IMG/VR virus record: IMGVR_UViG_3300008266_000037
Location: 1-64,000 of that record
DNA length: 64,000 bases
Direction: 5' to 3' (one strand)
Source: a virus
This document shows positions 15,254 to 24,738 of the stretch, piece after piece. Position numbers and translations under genes: made by a program. How positions within the stretch are numbered: position 1 is the first letter of the stretch; each line of letters begins with the position of its first letter. The notes under the pieces were generated by a model, which saw nothing but the letters and a program-made list of their open reading frames with translations, ran no database searches and was not told the origin of the DNA.

Positions 15254-17018
15254 CCTTCCGTCCCTGATGGGCGAATGGCTGGTCTGAGTACCGCCCCGTC
15301 TCTCTGTCATGGTGAAGGTCAGCCTTTCCCTCTGAGCCCGTCCATGCAAAGCGGGTCTTCCAGTTGTGGACTTCCGTTATGCGTCGGTCTTCCACTGGGC
15401 GGTGGATAGTCAGGCCAAAGTCCGGCCGGTTGTACCAGCTAGCTGAGCCGCTGATCTCGTACCCCTTCGGAACCACAGTGCTCCCATCGACGTTTGGTCT
15501 GAGCTTGTAGGGGTGGGCAATCAACCAGAGAGCCACGTCATGAGACACAGCGAACCCCTTGAACGCCTCCAGCATGTGGCCAACAGGGTCGGACGAACCA
15601 TCGCCGTCAGCCTTAGGTCTGGCAAGGTAGGATGCAGGGTCAACAACAGCGCCCCTCACGCCATACCTGAGGACAGAAGTCTTAAGCCTGTCGATCACGC
15701 TGTCCGGGCTGGTGCTCCCCCCGTCTCCGGTCAGGAACACGAAGTGATCATTGACCCACTCAAGCGCCGCATCCAGTTCCGTATCCGTGATGCGTGGGAG
15801 ATCTCCTCCACCGAAGAAGGGTTTCTCCACATAGAGCGCCGCAAGGCATGAGATCTGCACCTCTGGTGTGGTTTCCGTTGACCAGATAGCGAAACGCCAG
15901 TCGTGTTCACGGGCCATGTTGACCATCACGGCGTTGAGGAATGTCGTTTTGCCCGAGCCGGGCGCTCCGGTGATCACACACAGATGCCCCGGAACCACCG
16001 TGTAAAGGTCATCAAGGGCGGTGAACCCCGTTGTCATGCCTTTGCCAAGGCCGCCCGTGTAAAGGGCCCTGACGCCCTGTTCGTAATGGGATGCGCCATA
16101 CACACCAGCGATGGGCCACGGCTCAGGGTTAGCAAGGCAATGCTTCAGCTTCTCGACGCCCTCTTTCACGAGAACATCGTTGGCGTCCTTGCATCCCTCA
16201 GGCCAGACAATCCGCCACGCTCTAGCCTTACCAATGCGGCGAGCAAGCTCCTCCCCTAGGGCCTTACCAGGCTCATCGTTATCAACGGCGATGATGATGC
16301 GGCTGGCGTTGGCGAGGATGTCCTTACCAGACCAGACGTACTTGAAGCGCTTGTCCTCCTCCGGCGTGATCTTACCATCACTCACCTTAAGAGGCGCCCC
16401 GTTCGGAACGGACACCACGTTACCTTCACCAACCTCTACCAGAGAGAGGGCATCCATCTCTCCCTCAACGATGTAGAGATCCTTCTCTGGCTCAATCTTC
16501 TCCGACCTCCAGAAAGTTCCTGCACCACCAGCCTGCACAAACAGCTTGCTGTCCCCTGTGCGGATCTTGTGTGCGTAGGGTTTGCCCTTCTCGTCGATGT
16601 AGGGGAACCACACGCCCTCATGCCTGCCGTTGCCGGGAAAGCCATAGACAGAACTGAACACGCCCTCTGCCTCTGCGGTGCTGGCTGAGATCGCCCTTCT
16701 CGCTAGCCACCCAAGGGCTGCGTCGGACAGGGTCTTGGGACCAACCACATCGACAGCGTCCTCAACGGCTGACAGAAACACTTCAGTGGTTGGGAAGGGG
16801 GTAGGGGTCATTCTGTAGGGTTCCGTTTTGTTTGAGTGGACGCCAGCCCAGTTGCAGTTGTGGCAAAACCATCGCCACTCACCACGGTCAACCGTGACCG
16901 AGAGGCACCTCTCAGTCCTTTTCTTCCTGCCCTCTGAGCACTCAGGACAGGTGATGCGATGGGAGCCGGCGCCAAGGGACGTGATCTGGAAAGGCGCTTC
17001 CGCAGCTAGCTGTCTCAA
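15192..17018 (-). CDS. bifunctional DNA primase/helicase (zinc finger-TOPRIM-DnaB-like SF4 helicase)
   Basis: CPEC...CHNC zinc ribbon. TOPRIM IVEGEMDALSL. C-terminal RecA-fold with Walker A GAPGSGKTT. TTG start. Confidence 0.85.
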   Translation of the reverse strand: MRQLAAEAPFQITSLGAGSHRITCPECSEGRKKRTERCLSVTVDRGEWRWFCHNCNWAGVHSNKTEPYRMTPTPFPTTEVFLSAVEDAVDVVGPKTLSDAALGWLARRAISASTAEAEGVFSSVYGFPGNGRHEGVWFPYIDEKGKPYAHKIRTGDSKLFVQAGGAGTFWRSEKIEPEKDLYIVEGEMDALSLVEVGEGNVVSVPNGAPLKVSDGKITPEEDKRFKYVWSGKDILANASRIIIAVDNDEPGKALGEELARRIGKARAWRIVWPEGCKDANDVLVKEGVEKLKHCLANPEPWPIAGVYGASHYEQGVRALYTGGLGKGMTTGFTALDDLYTVVPGHLCVITGAPGSGKTTFLNAVMVNMAREHDWRFAIWSTETTPEVQISCLAALYVEKPFFGGGDLPRITDTELDAALEWVNDHFVFLTGDGGSTSPDSVIDRLKTSVLRYGVRGAVVDPASYLARPKADGDGSSDPVGHMLEAFKGFAVSHDVALWLIAHPYKLRPNVDGSTVVPKGYEISGSASWYNRPDFGLTIHRPVEDRRITEVHNWKTRFAWTGSEGKADLHHDRETGRYSDQPFAHQGRKVIFSVLDQGGNKMADPWDLG

Positions 17019-17081
17019 CCCACCTCTCCATGCTTCTCACTTCAAAAAACACAGGGCTAAAACCCTGTCAAGGAGATCTTC
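17019..17081 (-). terminator. hairpin CAGGG-TTTTAG-CCCTG + T-run on minus strand directly upstream of primase start
   Basis: Read on the minus strand: cagggttttagccctg tgtttttt. The region also contains a TTGACA. Confidence 0.35.
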
Positions 17082-17354
17082 ATGCCCATCGTTGAAGCGA
17101 TCAAAACCAAAACCAATCTGGGTGACTCTGTCGTCGTTCAATCGAATAACCCGTTCGACGAACACGGCATCGGCGGTTCGATAACGCTGAGGCTGGAAAA
17201 AGAAGAGGGGAAAATCCTCGTCAGGTCAACCGCTGATTACCGCCCTGAAGCAGATCCATCTGGATTCAGAAGGGGGTGGCAATGCGGCCTAACCAAAGAT
17301 CAGGTTATCTGCCTGGCCCGTGAACTCATCAAGATGTCCAGAGACCTGCCATGA
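17082..17354 (+). CDS. small protein, multi-copy paralog family
   Basis: 90 aa. C-terminus RRGWQCGLTKDQVICLARELIKM. Confidence 0.5.
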   Translation: MPIVEAIKTKTNLGDSVVVQSNNPFDEHGIGGSITLRLEKEEGKILVRSTADYRPEADPSGFRRGWQCGLTKDQVICLARELIKMSRDLP

Positions 17355-17572
17355 CGAAGAAGAAAATGCCTGATTTGCTGATTGAGACCAAGACTATGTG
17401 CGGAGGTCAAATCACATTTGACCAAAGACACACGGAGGAGGGTGACGACATTGCGGCCGTCAACACGATGGACGGTGCCGGTGGTCGCGGCTGGTACGTT
17501 GGGCTGAACAAGGAACAATGCCGTGAGGTTATTATTTACCTTGCTAAATGTATGGCTGGAAGAACTGAATAA
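17351..17572 (+). CDS. small protein, paralog of 17082..17354
   Basis: 73 aa. C-terminus GRGWYVGLNKEQCREVIIYLAKCM. Shares the GG.IT.....EEGD core. Confidence 0.5.
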   Translation: MTKKKMPDLLIETKTMCGGQITFDQRHTEEGDDIAAVNTMDGAGGRGWYVGLNKEQCREVIIYLAKCMAGRTE

Positions 17573-17589
17573 TCAATACCCATAGCCCT

Positions 17590-17625
17590 CCATTACCTTA
17601 AGGAACCTGTAACCTTAAGGAACCC
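17590..17625. repeat. direct repeat of palindromic CCTTAAGGAACC in non-coding region
   Basis: Sequence ccttaaggaacctgtaaccttaaggaaccc. Confidence 0.4.
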
Positions 17626-18001
17626 TAATAGGGTTGTAACGATGGTGAAGGAGGTATGAAGTGGACCCGGACGAATAGAAGAACTACCCGGTCCAGAAGC
17701 ATAGCCTCTGGGTGACGGGCGTTCCCATTCCGGGGCCACTTGCGCCGTAACGACGGAGCCAGTCGGCACTTGCGGACAGCGGGCCTCAGGAAGAGAGACA
17801 CGCCTTGACAGCTACAGTCAGGTGAACCTCCCACCTGCCGAACGGGCTTCTGTCTTTGGACTGCCCTTGGGTTATGTTCGGTCCCACGCTACCCTACAAC
17901 CATCGCCGCGCCGGTTTCCGAAAGCGATGGAGGAACCGGCCTGTTGCCACGAACCGTTGGCCAACAGCCAATCACATTTTCGTGATCGAGGAGATTAACC
18001 A

Positions 18002-18412
18002 ATGCCGAAGAAGCCGCAGGTCGTTGTGCCAGAAGGCGATGGAACTGCCCGCCGCCTTATGGTCAAGGCCAAGAAGGGCTCTAAGTGGGGCAAGCACCGC
18101 CGTACAGTTCTGGTCATCGAGCACGGCAAGTATGTCCGTGATGAGAAGGGAAACCACAAGACCACGGTGCAGCTTGGCGAGCCCGTCAACGGCTGCTATC
18201 GGGGAACGAAGAAGGTGCCTTCGGCTAACGCCGTGAAGCATCCTGAAACCGATGCACCCCAACTATCTGAGGTGCTGGTCCAGATAGGGCAAGAGCTTGC
18301 CAGCTTGCCCTTGAGTGAAGCTGAGTTCTACTGGGAGAAGGGAGAACTCAGGCCGGGCAACCGCTTTGTTCCCTACAAGGCCGTGGCCAAGAAAGATCAG
18401 GCTGGTTCTTGA
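18002..18412 (+). CDS. hypothetical basic protein
   Basis: 136-aa ORF after a ~430-bp non-coding region. Confidence 0.55.
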   Translation: MPKKPQVVVPEGDGTARRLMVKAKKGSKWGKHRRTVLVIEHGKYVRDEKGNHKTTVQLGEPVNGCYRGTKKVPSANAVKHPETDAPQLSEVLVQIGQELASLPLSEAEFYWEKGELRPGNRFVPYKAVAKKDQAGS

Positions 18413-18741
18413 TCCTGACTGGCCGGTCCATCCCAAGAGGTAATCATGTCTGACAGCTGGCAGGTCAGAACCTTTCGGTAGATGGGGTTGTCTGATTCCA
18501 TTGCCTCTCGAATGGCGGTGCTGAGCGATACCGGCTCTAGCAAAGCCAGCTCACAGACCTGACGGTAGTCGTTGGTGTCCAGCCATACAGCGGCCTCAAG
18601 AGCCACAGCTGCATCCACGCTTGCCATGTCGCGTATGCTCTGTGAGATGACCGCTCTCCACATCATAACATACTTCTTGTCTTCGTGGTCCAGCCTGTCC
18701 CACGCCCCGTCCAGATCTTCTGGGTCCATCCAGTCGGTCAT
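18397..18741 (-). CDS. hypothetical protein
   Basis: 114-aa ORF, coupled downstream of rusA. Confidence 0.5.
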   Translation of the reverse strand: MTDWMDPEDLDGAWDRLDHEDKKYVMMWRAVISQSIRDMASVDAAVALEAAVWLDTNDYRQVCELALLEPVSLSTAIREAMESDNPIYRKVLTCQLSDMITSWDGPASQDQEPA

Positions 18742-19148
18742 TCTGTCCCTCCTGCGTAGTCTGCCGATGTCATCAGGCGAACCGTAACCAGAATCCCCGG
18801 CTTGATGGCGCTAAGCCCCCACCTGACCCGCCTTGATTTGACCTGCCTGTCGTTGGCGTAGATGGTCCCTTGCATCAGATCTAGGACAAGGCTTTCGTCT
18901 AGGTCCCTTCGCCGGTCTGGGTAGTAGATGTCCATATCAAGGTGAACGTCCTCGGTGAACAGGAGCGGAAGCACCGGGCACTGAGCGAGAAAGGCATTTG
19001 AGAATGCCAGAGCGTTTTCACTTTTGATTGATCGAAGCCGACTTCCGCTTGGCGTTTTCACGTTGACAAGTCGGCGGCTGTTCGCCTTACTATAGGGAGC
19101 GCCGTCGATCCAGAAGGTGAACGGTTCCGTTCGTCCGACAGGAGACAT
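18738..19148 (-). CDS. rusA: RusA-family Holliday junction resolvase
   Basis: PDRRRDLDESLVLDLMQGTIYANDRQV matches E. coli RusA PDRRRRDLDNL...DDAQV. Start chosen at the internal ATG with AAAGGA RBS. The ORF extends to 19208. Confidence 0.7.
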   Translation of the reverse strand: MSPVGRTEPFTFWIDGAPYSKANSRRLVNVKTPSGSRLRSIKSENALAFSNAFLAQCPVLPLLFTEDVHLDMDIYYPDRRRDLDESLVLDLMQGTIYANDRQVKSRRVRWGLSAIKPGILVTVRLMTSADYAGGTE

Positions 19149-19250
19149 GGCCAGTCCTTTCGTGAGTAGGCTGGACACAACCCATAGACCACGATCTACC
19201 ACGGTCAACTATATGTTGATTTCGTTCTCTCTTTGTCCACAGGAGTTACT

Positions 19251-19532
19251 GTGCATACCGATTGGCAACCGCCACATTCCTACCCAGTCGCCCTTCTGGA
19301 TGGGGTGATTTACGTTCCAGACTTTCAGCACTCCATGAAAGATGTGTCTGTGTCTGATGTTGCGGCCTACATTCATGCAGACCTGAGGCATCGTAAGCTC
19401 AAAAAGATGGCTCAGCCGTTTGCGTCCTCACCCGCTTCTGTTCTTAAGATGCATCCGGGTGCAGACATCATCATCATCCCCACTCTTGGGTGGGAAAACC
19501 CCGGCCCGTTGGCCGTCGAACCTGAGGAGTAA
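19251..19532 (+). CDS. hypothetical protein
   Basis: GTG after AGGAG within ORF 19233..19532. Confidence 0.4.
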   Translation: MHTDWQPPHSYPVALLDGVIYVPDFQHSMKDVSVSDVAAYIHADLRHRKLKKMAQPFASSPASVLKMHPGADIIIIPTLGWENPGPLAVEPEE

Positions 19533-19536
19533 AGCA

Positions 19537-19974
19537 ATGCCGTGGAAAAACAAAGGACTGCCCCCCGGTGTGACCGCGAACCCGGTCGAAGCTGGCCTTC
19601 TGCGGAGGCTTCAGCAGGCCGCCCGCATGGCCCGGTACAACGCTGACGAAGCGGAAGACATCTCTCGGGCTGGAGTTGAGGCCGCTTCTCGCCACATCGA
19701 GACGACTTGCCCGGACATGGACTTCATTGTCATCGGGTCGGTTCCCTTCGGCGCCGACGCTCGGGCTGGCAAAGGCCCCGGCAACGCCATCTCCCAACGC
19801 ATCACGGGAGGCCCTCTGCTGGGCGCCAGCATGAGGGAGGACGTGATCCCCCAACAAGCCCGCTATTTCACGGAGTCTGGCAGCGCATGGACGACCTTCA
19901 CATCCCGGCTGTTGATCTGCTGGAAGATCCTCTTCGGAGCGAACCCGGAGGGGTACAGCCGAAAGGACCTGTGA
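19537..19974 (+). CDS. hypothetical protein
   Basis: 145 aa from the internal ATG with GGAGTAAAGCA RBS. Confidence 0.5.
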   Translation: MPWKNKGLPPGVTANPVEAGLLRRLQQAARMARYNADEAEDISRAGVEAASRHIETTCPDMDFIVIGSVPFGADARAGKGPGNAISQRITGGPLLGASMREDVIPQQARYFTESGSAWTTFTSRLLICWKILFGANPEGYSRKDL

Positions 19975-20576
19975 TCAAAACAGAATGGACGGAGGAGGAG
20001 GACCAGTACCTTATTGACATGATCAATATGGGCTGGACCTACCGACAGGTTGCTAGCGGCCTTAATGTTACAAGGCCGATAGGGGGTAAGCTAACCCGAA
20101 ACGCAATCGCCGGAAGAAAGTCCCGCCTCATACTCAAGGGCAGGGACATCAAAAAACCCAACCACAAGATACTCACCGCCCACGCAAACAGGCAGAAGCC
20201 TAAGCCCAAACCAAGAAAGGAGAGGGTCGTGACCAGTAAGATCAAGACTGTGGCCCCCGCTCCGGAACCAGTTCGGGTGAGGAGCGCAGCGACCGGGCAA
20301 CTTAAGCCCGTCCGTCCCGGCGTCCTGCCGATGGTGGAGGGTGCCAAGACCATAACTGAACTGGGCTATCGGCAATGCAGGGCAGCTGTGGGTGAAGCTC
20401 CTCGTATGCATGACGGGGTAAACAACCCGTTTATGTTCTGTGCTGCGCCCACCAGAGAGGGTGAGACCTACTGCGATGAGCACGCCGGTCTCATGTACGC
20501 TGCGCCAAAGCCAAAAGCTGAAGGAGACAGGGGCTTTATCCTGTCTCGCATTGGAACCAACAAGGGAGCCGCATGA
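19971..20576 (+). CDS. gcrA: GcrA-family cell-cycle regulator homolog
   Basis: N-terminus WTEEEDQYLIDMINMGWTYRQVA...LTRNAIAGRKSRL. C-terminus FMFCAAPTREGETYCDEHAGLMYAAPKPK. Both GcrA-signature regions present. GTG start after AAGGA. Confidence 0.7.
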   Translation: MIKTEWTEEEDQYLIDMINMGWTYRQVASGLNVTRPIGGKLTRNAIAGRKSRLILKGRDIKKPNHKILTAHANRQKPKPKPRKERVVTSKIKTVAPAPEPVRVRSAATGQLKPVRPGVLPMVEGAKTITELGYRQCRAAVGEAPRMHDGVNNPFMFCAAPTREGETYCDEHAGLMYAAPKPKAEGDRGFILSRIGTNKGAA

Positions 20577-20800
20577 TGGCCGACAACACAGACTACAAGC
20601 GGGAGATCTTTGAGAAGGCGGTCGTTCTGGCCAACCTCATTGAGGACAACGCCGACAACGAAATCATCGGCCTGACCGTGAAGCTGCTGGCGATTGACTA
20701 TCTCCAGTTCTGCAAGCAGGTTGGGATGAACCCGGTCAATCCGATGAGTGCCGAAAAGGTCGGCCTCGACGCCACCACCGCAGAAGGCCCGCTTAACTGA
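20573..20800 (+). CDS. hypothetical protein
   Basis: 75-aa ORF with ATGA coupling. Confidence 0.45.
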   Translation: MMADNTDYKREIFEKAVVLANLIEDNADNEIIGLTVKLLAIDYLQFCKQVGMNPVNPMSAEKVGLDATTAEGPLN

Positions 20801-21027
20801 TGCCGTGGAACTACAGGCGCATGAGACACAAGGACGGGGAAGATTATGTTTTCTCTGTCCATGAGGTCTATTACGATAACGAGGGCAAAGTTAACAACTG
20901 GTCTGCCATGCCCTCTGGCATTATCTCAGACACTGAAGACTTCACACAGGTGATGGTTCAGATGACGAGATGTTTCATGGAGCCCATCCTAGACGGCGAG
21001 ACGGGCGAGGAGCTTGCGGAAGCGTGA
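20800..21027 (+). CDS. hypothetical protein
   Basis: 75-aa ORF. Confidence 0.45.
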   Translation: MPWNYRRMRHKDGEDYVFSVHEVYYDNEGKVNNWSAMPSGIISDTEDFTQVMVQMTRCFMEPILDGETGEELAEA

Positions 21028-21275
21028 AGTACATCCACATCAATAGACAGGTCATCGACAACAACCGCAAGCGCGGTAGGAGCGACCCTGCCTTGACGGC
21101 GCGTGTGGGAAAGCGAGGCAAGGGGGTGTACAGCAATGACATTCAGGTGGTGAAGGACGGTATTGTTGTTGCCCGGTTCCGGGCTGACTTTGCCAACCCC
21201 ATCCTGCCCTGCGGCGCCCGCGTGGTGGTGGAGACTGACTGTGAAGTGTGGGCTGACGGGAAGGAAGTGAAGTGA
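21024..21275 (+). CDS. hypothetical protein
   Basis: GTG overlapping the upstream stop. 83 aa. Confidence 0.35.
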   Translation: MKYIHINRQVIDNNRKRGRSDPALTARVGKRGKGVYSNDIQVVKDGIVVARFRADFANPILPCGARVVVETDCEVWADGKEVK

Positions 21276-21466
21276 TGGACAGGATTGATTTGGATGACGA
21301 TGGCCAGCTTGACGATCTGGTTCTCAACGATGTGTCCATGGTTCGGGTTGAGAGGATGGACGATGCCGCTCTCTGGATGAAGTTCTATGGCGCAGACGGG
21401 AGGGAACACGCGGTCAGGGTTGGTATTGTCGAAAAGAAGCTGAGGATTTTGTACGAGGAAGAGTAG
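21272..21466 (+). CDS. hypothetical protein
   Basis: 64-aa ORF. Confidence 0.4.
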   Translation: MMDRIDLDDDGQLDDLVLNDVSMVRVERMDDAALWMKFYGADGREHAVRVGIVEKKLRILYEEE

Positions 21467-22353
21467 TGAAGTTCACCAACAAGCACCGTCTGCCTGAGCC
21501 CCTTGTCCGCGCCCTGTCGGCTGACAAGTACTCGAAGGGGGATGCGCGCATCTCGATCACGGGACTGATGGGGTCTCCGCGCGTTAACGTCCTGCGCTCG
21601 AAACACCATGCCGACATTGAGACCGACGTGATGGACCGGCTCTGGTCTGTGTTCGGCACCACCGTTCACAACATGCTGGAGGAGGGCAGCGCGGGTCTGG
21701 ATGACTACATTGCCGAGGAGCGCATCGACACCGTTCTTGACGGCTGGAAGATCTCTGGCGGCATCGACGTTCAGCACTTCACCGATGGTCAGGTCGGTAT
21801 CCGAGACTGGAAGGTCACGGGCGCATGGGCGGTTATGAACAACAAGCCCGACTGGGAACGGCAGCTCAACTCCTATGCCTATCTGGTCGAGAAGGAGAAC
21901 GGTCACACCGTCAAGGACATTCAGATCGGTGCCATCATCAGGGACTGGAAACGGTTTGAGGCCGACAGAAATCCTGACTACCCAAGAACCCCAGTGGTCA
22001 TGGTGGACATTCCCTTGTGGGGCTTCAAGGCAAGGGAGCAGTACCTGCTGAGCAGGATAGCCCTGCACAAGGAGGCTTACCGGAAGGCTGAATGGGGTGA
22101 ACCGCTACCGCCCTGCACTCCAGATGAAATGTGGGAGAAGCCCACTGTGTACGCTGTGAAGAAGCCGGGAAGTTCGAGGGCAATCTCCCTGCACTCCAGC
22201 AAGGATGAGGCGCTAGACAAGGCGATCAAGACCAAGAACAGCATGGAAACAAGGCTGGGCGAAAGAACGAAGTGCGAGGGCGGGTATTGCGAAGTGTCGG
22301 CCTTCTGTGATCAGTTCGCGGAGTACAAGAGGCTGAAGGCGGAGAGACAATGA
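21466..22353 (+). CDS. PD-(D/E)XK nuclease, Cas4/RecB-exonuclease-like with C-terminal Cys cluster
   Basis: Motifs GGIDVQHF, IRDWKVT and QLNSYAYL. Cys cluster C(PPC)...CEGGYCEVSAFC, four Cys in all. Confidence 0.65.
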   Translation: MKFTNKHRLPEPLVRALSADKYSKGDARISITGLMGSPRVNVLRSKHHADIETDVMDRLWSVFGTTVHNMLEEGSAGLDDYIAEERIDTVLDGWKISGGIDVQHFTDGQVGIRDWKVTGAWAVMNNKPDWERQLNSYAYLVEKENGHTVKDIQIGAIIRDWKRFEADRNPDYPRTPVVMVDIPLWGFKAREQYLLSRIALHKEAYRKAEWGEPLPPCTPDEMWEKPTVYAVKKPGSSRAISLHSSKDEALDKAIKTKNSMETRLGERTKCEGGYCEVSAFCDQFAEYKRLKAERQ

Positions 22354-22865
22354 GTGAGGTTTGGCTTCCGGTTCCGGGTTTCTACCTTGAGGCCAGCAGC
22401 GAGGGGCGGGTTCGTTCCACGCCGAGAACGATTGTCCGAAAGAACGGCGCGCCGCAGTTCTGTCCCGGCAAGGTGTTGACGCCCAATCCCGGCAACAAGT
22501 ACGGCCACCTTTATGTGACGGCAAGGGCCATCGGTTCCGAGAAGCAGAACTACCACGCAGTCCACGCCCTTGTGGCTCTGGCCTTCCATGGCCCTAGGCC
22601 AGACGGTCAGATCACCAGACATGAGGATGGGGACCTGACGAACAACCGGCCTTCCAATCTCAAGTACGGGACCTACACCGACAACAAGGCGGACGAGGCC
22701 ATTCACGGAAGGGGAAGGGCGAGATTGCTCCGGCATGAAGTAGACACTATGCGTGTGCTGAAGCTATACGGCGTGAAGAACAAAGACCTGAGCAGGATGT
22801 TTTCCATCGACCCCGGACAGGTCAGCAAGATCTGTTCTGGCAAGTCGTGGGTATTTGAAGAGTAG
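22350..22865 (+). CDS. HNH homing endonuclease (HNH_3/NUMOD4-type)
   Basis: Motif VHALVALAFHG...RHEDGDLTNNRPSNL. Confidence 0.7.
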   Translation: MSEVWLPVPGFYLEASSEGRVRSTPRTIVRKNGAPQFCPGKVLTPNPGNKYGHLYVTARAIGSEKQNYHAVHALVALAFHGPRPDGQITRHEDGDLTNNRPSNLKYGTYTDNKADEAIHGRGRARLLRHEVDTMRVLKLYGVKNKDLSRMFSIDPGQVSKICSGKSWVFEE

Positions 22866-22875
22866 GGAATGAGTA

Positions 22876-23193
22876 ATGTTTACACCCATCCGTATCGGAG
22901 GGCAGGATGTTGACCCCGTTCATGGCGGGGTTCTGCTGGATGTTGTCGCCGACTATGGGCTGCCAGATCCAGACGTAATGTATGGCGCCGGTCGAAAGAC
23001 CGCGAACCTTTCATCCGCCCGTATAGATGCGTGGCGGAGGCTAGACGCTATGGGCGTTAAGCGATCTCACATTGCTAGGATGTTTGGTGTGAACAAGGCC
23101 GCCATCACGGTCGGCATTCAACGGGCTGAAGCTAAGGACATTGGCCTGTGCCCATGCTGCGGTCGCCCATTGGGTGACAGACGGGGAGGATAG
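22876..23193 (+). CDS. hypothetical protein with HTH-like segment
   Basis: KRSHIARMFGVNKAAITVGIQRAE resembles a sigma-region-4-type HTH. Confidence 0.45.
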   Translation: MFTPIRIGGQDVDPVHGGVLLDVVADYGLPDPDVMYGAGRKTANLSSARIDAWRRLDAMGVKRSHIARMFGVNKAAITVGIQRAEAKDIGLCPCCGRPLGDRRGG

Positions 23194-23194
23194 G

Positions 23195-23413
23195 ATGCAC
23201 AACCCGAAGGGCTGCTGGTGCCTGACCTGCGTTGACGAGTGGGTCAAGGAAGAACTGTTCGTTCCGTCGGTCGAGGAGATTTTCGATCCTCGTGTGGTGC
23301 GCTTTAATGTTTGCGCCACCTGCGGGAACAAGCGGTGCCCCCATGCCACCGACCATCGCCACGCCTGCACCAACTCCAACGAACCCGGACAGAGGGGAAG
23401 TATCTATGAGTGA
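23195..23413 (+). CDS. Cys-rich zinc-ribbon protein
   Basis: 72 aa from the internal ATG after GGAGG. Cys/His ligands CWCLTC...CATCGNKRCPH. Confidence 0.45.
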   Translation: MHNPKGCWCLTCVDEWVKEELFVPSVEEIFDPRVVRFNVCATCGNKRCPHATDHRHACTNSNEPGQRGSIYE

Positions 23414-23606
23414 TGAAAAGGTCGACTACGCCATTGAGTGGAACGATTTGGTTGCCTTCATCAGGGCTATTGCAGATGTTGACGGAACTTTGTCTTCGAC
23501 CGATCCGCTTAACGCCCCCATGTTGAGGCTTATCCGAAGAATGCGCGCGGCCATAGATGAATACGACGCGCAAGAGCTGATCGCAAAAGGAGATAGCGAT
23601 GAATGA
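23406..23606 (+). CDS. hypothetical protein
   Basis: 66 aa from the internal ATG. Confidence 0.4.
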   Translation: MSDEKVDYAIEWNDLVAFIRAIADVDGTLSSTDPLNAPMLRLIRRMRAAIDEYDAQELIAKGDSDE

Positions 23607-23928
23607 AGAAGACAAACCTATCCCTGAGGGCATGAAGAGATACACCATGCTGGGCCTCAGCATTGTGGCTCCCGACGGTATCCCTGAAGAACTGATTGGT
23701 GCCATCATCGAGGGCATGGTTCAGTCTGGTCATGCCGTGTTTGACCCTGTAACCAACACGCTCAAGAGCAATCCGGATATCATTGACGGGGAAATCCAAG
23801 GCCTGTCCATGCAGGTCGATGGTCTGGGCAACGTGGTCAACTCTCGGGCGCTCAGCCGCAATGAGATCAAGGACGATCTCGGCATCGACGAAATCAACTT
23901 CAACAAACCGCCTCGCCGCAAACTGTGA
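23599..23928 (+). CDS. hypothetical protein
   Basis: 109-aa ORF. Confidence 0.45.
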   Translation: MNEEDKPIPEGMKRYTMLGLSIVAPDGIPEELIGAIIEGMVQSGHAVFDPVTNTLKSNPDIIDGEIQGLSMQVDGLGNVVNSRALSRNEIKDDLGIDEINFNKPPRRKL

Positions 23929-24308
23929 AGCCGACCGGCTGGAAAATCGAGGAAGTCCAGCCGGAAAAGCGGCGTTCGCTTTCAGCGAAAGAAAAGCTTG
24001 ACGTTCTAAAATCCCACCCCCATTGTCCGATCTGCCGATCAGAGGTCAGTGTCAGCGATGCCGAATGGGATCACTGGATACCGCTCGAACTGGGAGGCTC
24101 CAATGAGGTGGACAACTTTCGAGGACTGCATCCGCCCTGTCATAAGGAAAAGACCCGACAGGACGTGAAGGCAATCGCCAAGGCTAGACGGCTTCGCAAG
24201 AAACGTCTCGGCCTGACGAAACCCAAGAAGGCCATTCCTTCTCGTCCATTCGCAAAGAGGAAGAACAGCTTTGAGACCCGCAATAGAAAGGCTCCTCGAA
24301 AGGATTGA
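23925..24308 (+). CDS. HNH endonuclease
   Basis: Motif CPICRS...EWDHWIPLELGGSNEVDNFRGLHPPCHKEKT. Confidence 0.7.
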   Translation: MKPTGWKIEEVQPEKRRSLSAKEKLDVLKSHPHCPICRSEVSVSDAEWDHWIPLELGGSNEVDNFRGLHPPCHKEKTRQDVKAIAKARRLRKKRLGLTKPKKAIPSRPFAKRKNSFETRNRKAPRKD

Positions 24309-24738
24309 GCCTGACACGAACGGGGGGTGCTGGCTTTGGTCGGGCTCTCCCGGCCAGAACGGCTATTCCCAGATACAGGTTGGTACAACAAGAGGAAACC
24401 AGCGACCGCACCCAGGCCACCGTATTTCGTACGAACACTTCAAGGGGGAGATCCCCGAAGGGTTGGTTGTCCGTCATAAATGCGACGTAAGATTGTGTGT
24501 GAACCCAGACCATCTTGTGGTTGGAACCCGCCGGGAGAATGTTCAGGACGCAAAAGACCGAGATCGTCATGCTCGCGGCGAGCGATTTAACCGAGCCAAG
24601 CTGACCGACGCCGGGGTTATGGAAATCCGTCGTCGATACGCTGACGGAGAAACACAGCCCTCCTTGGCCAAGGAGTATGGCGTATCACAGACTACAATCA
24701 ACTCGGTGTGTCAGAGAAAGTCCTGGTCTCATGTCTAA
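24271..24738 (+). CDS. HNH homing endonuclease (HNH_3-type) with C-terminal HTH
   Basis: Motif GCWLWSG...HRISYE...VRHKCDVRLCVNPDHLVVGTRRENVQD. TTG start after AAGAGG. Confidence 0.65.
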   Translation: MRPAIERLLERIEPDTNGGCWLWSGSPGQNGYSQIQVGTTRGNQRPHPGHRISYEHFKGEIPEGLVVRHKCDVRLCVNPDHLVVGTRRENVQDAKDRDRHARGERFNRAKLTDAGVMEIRRRYADGETQPSLAKEYGVSQTTINSVCQRKSWSHV

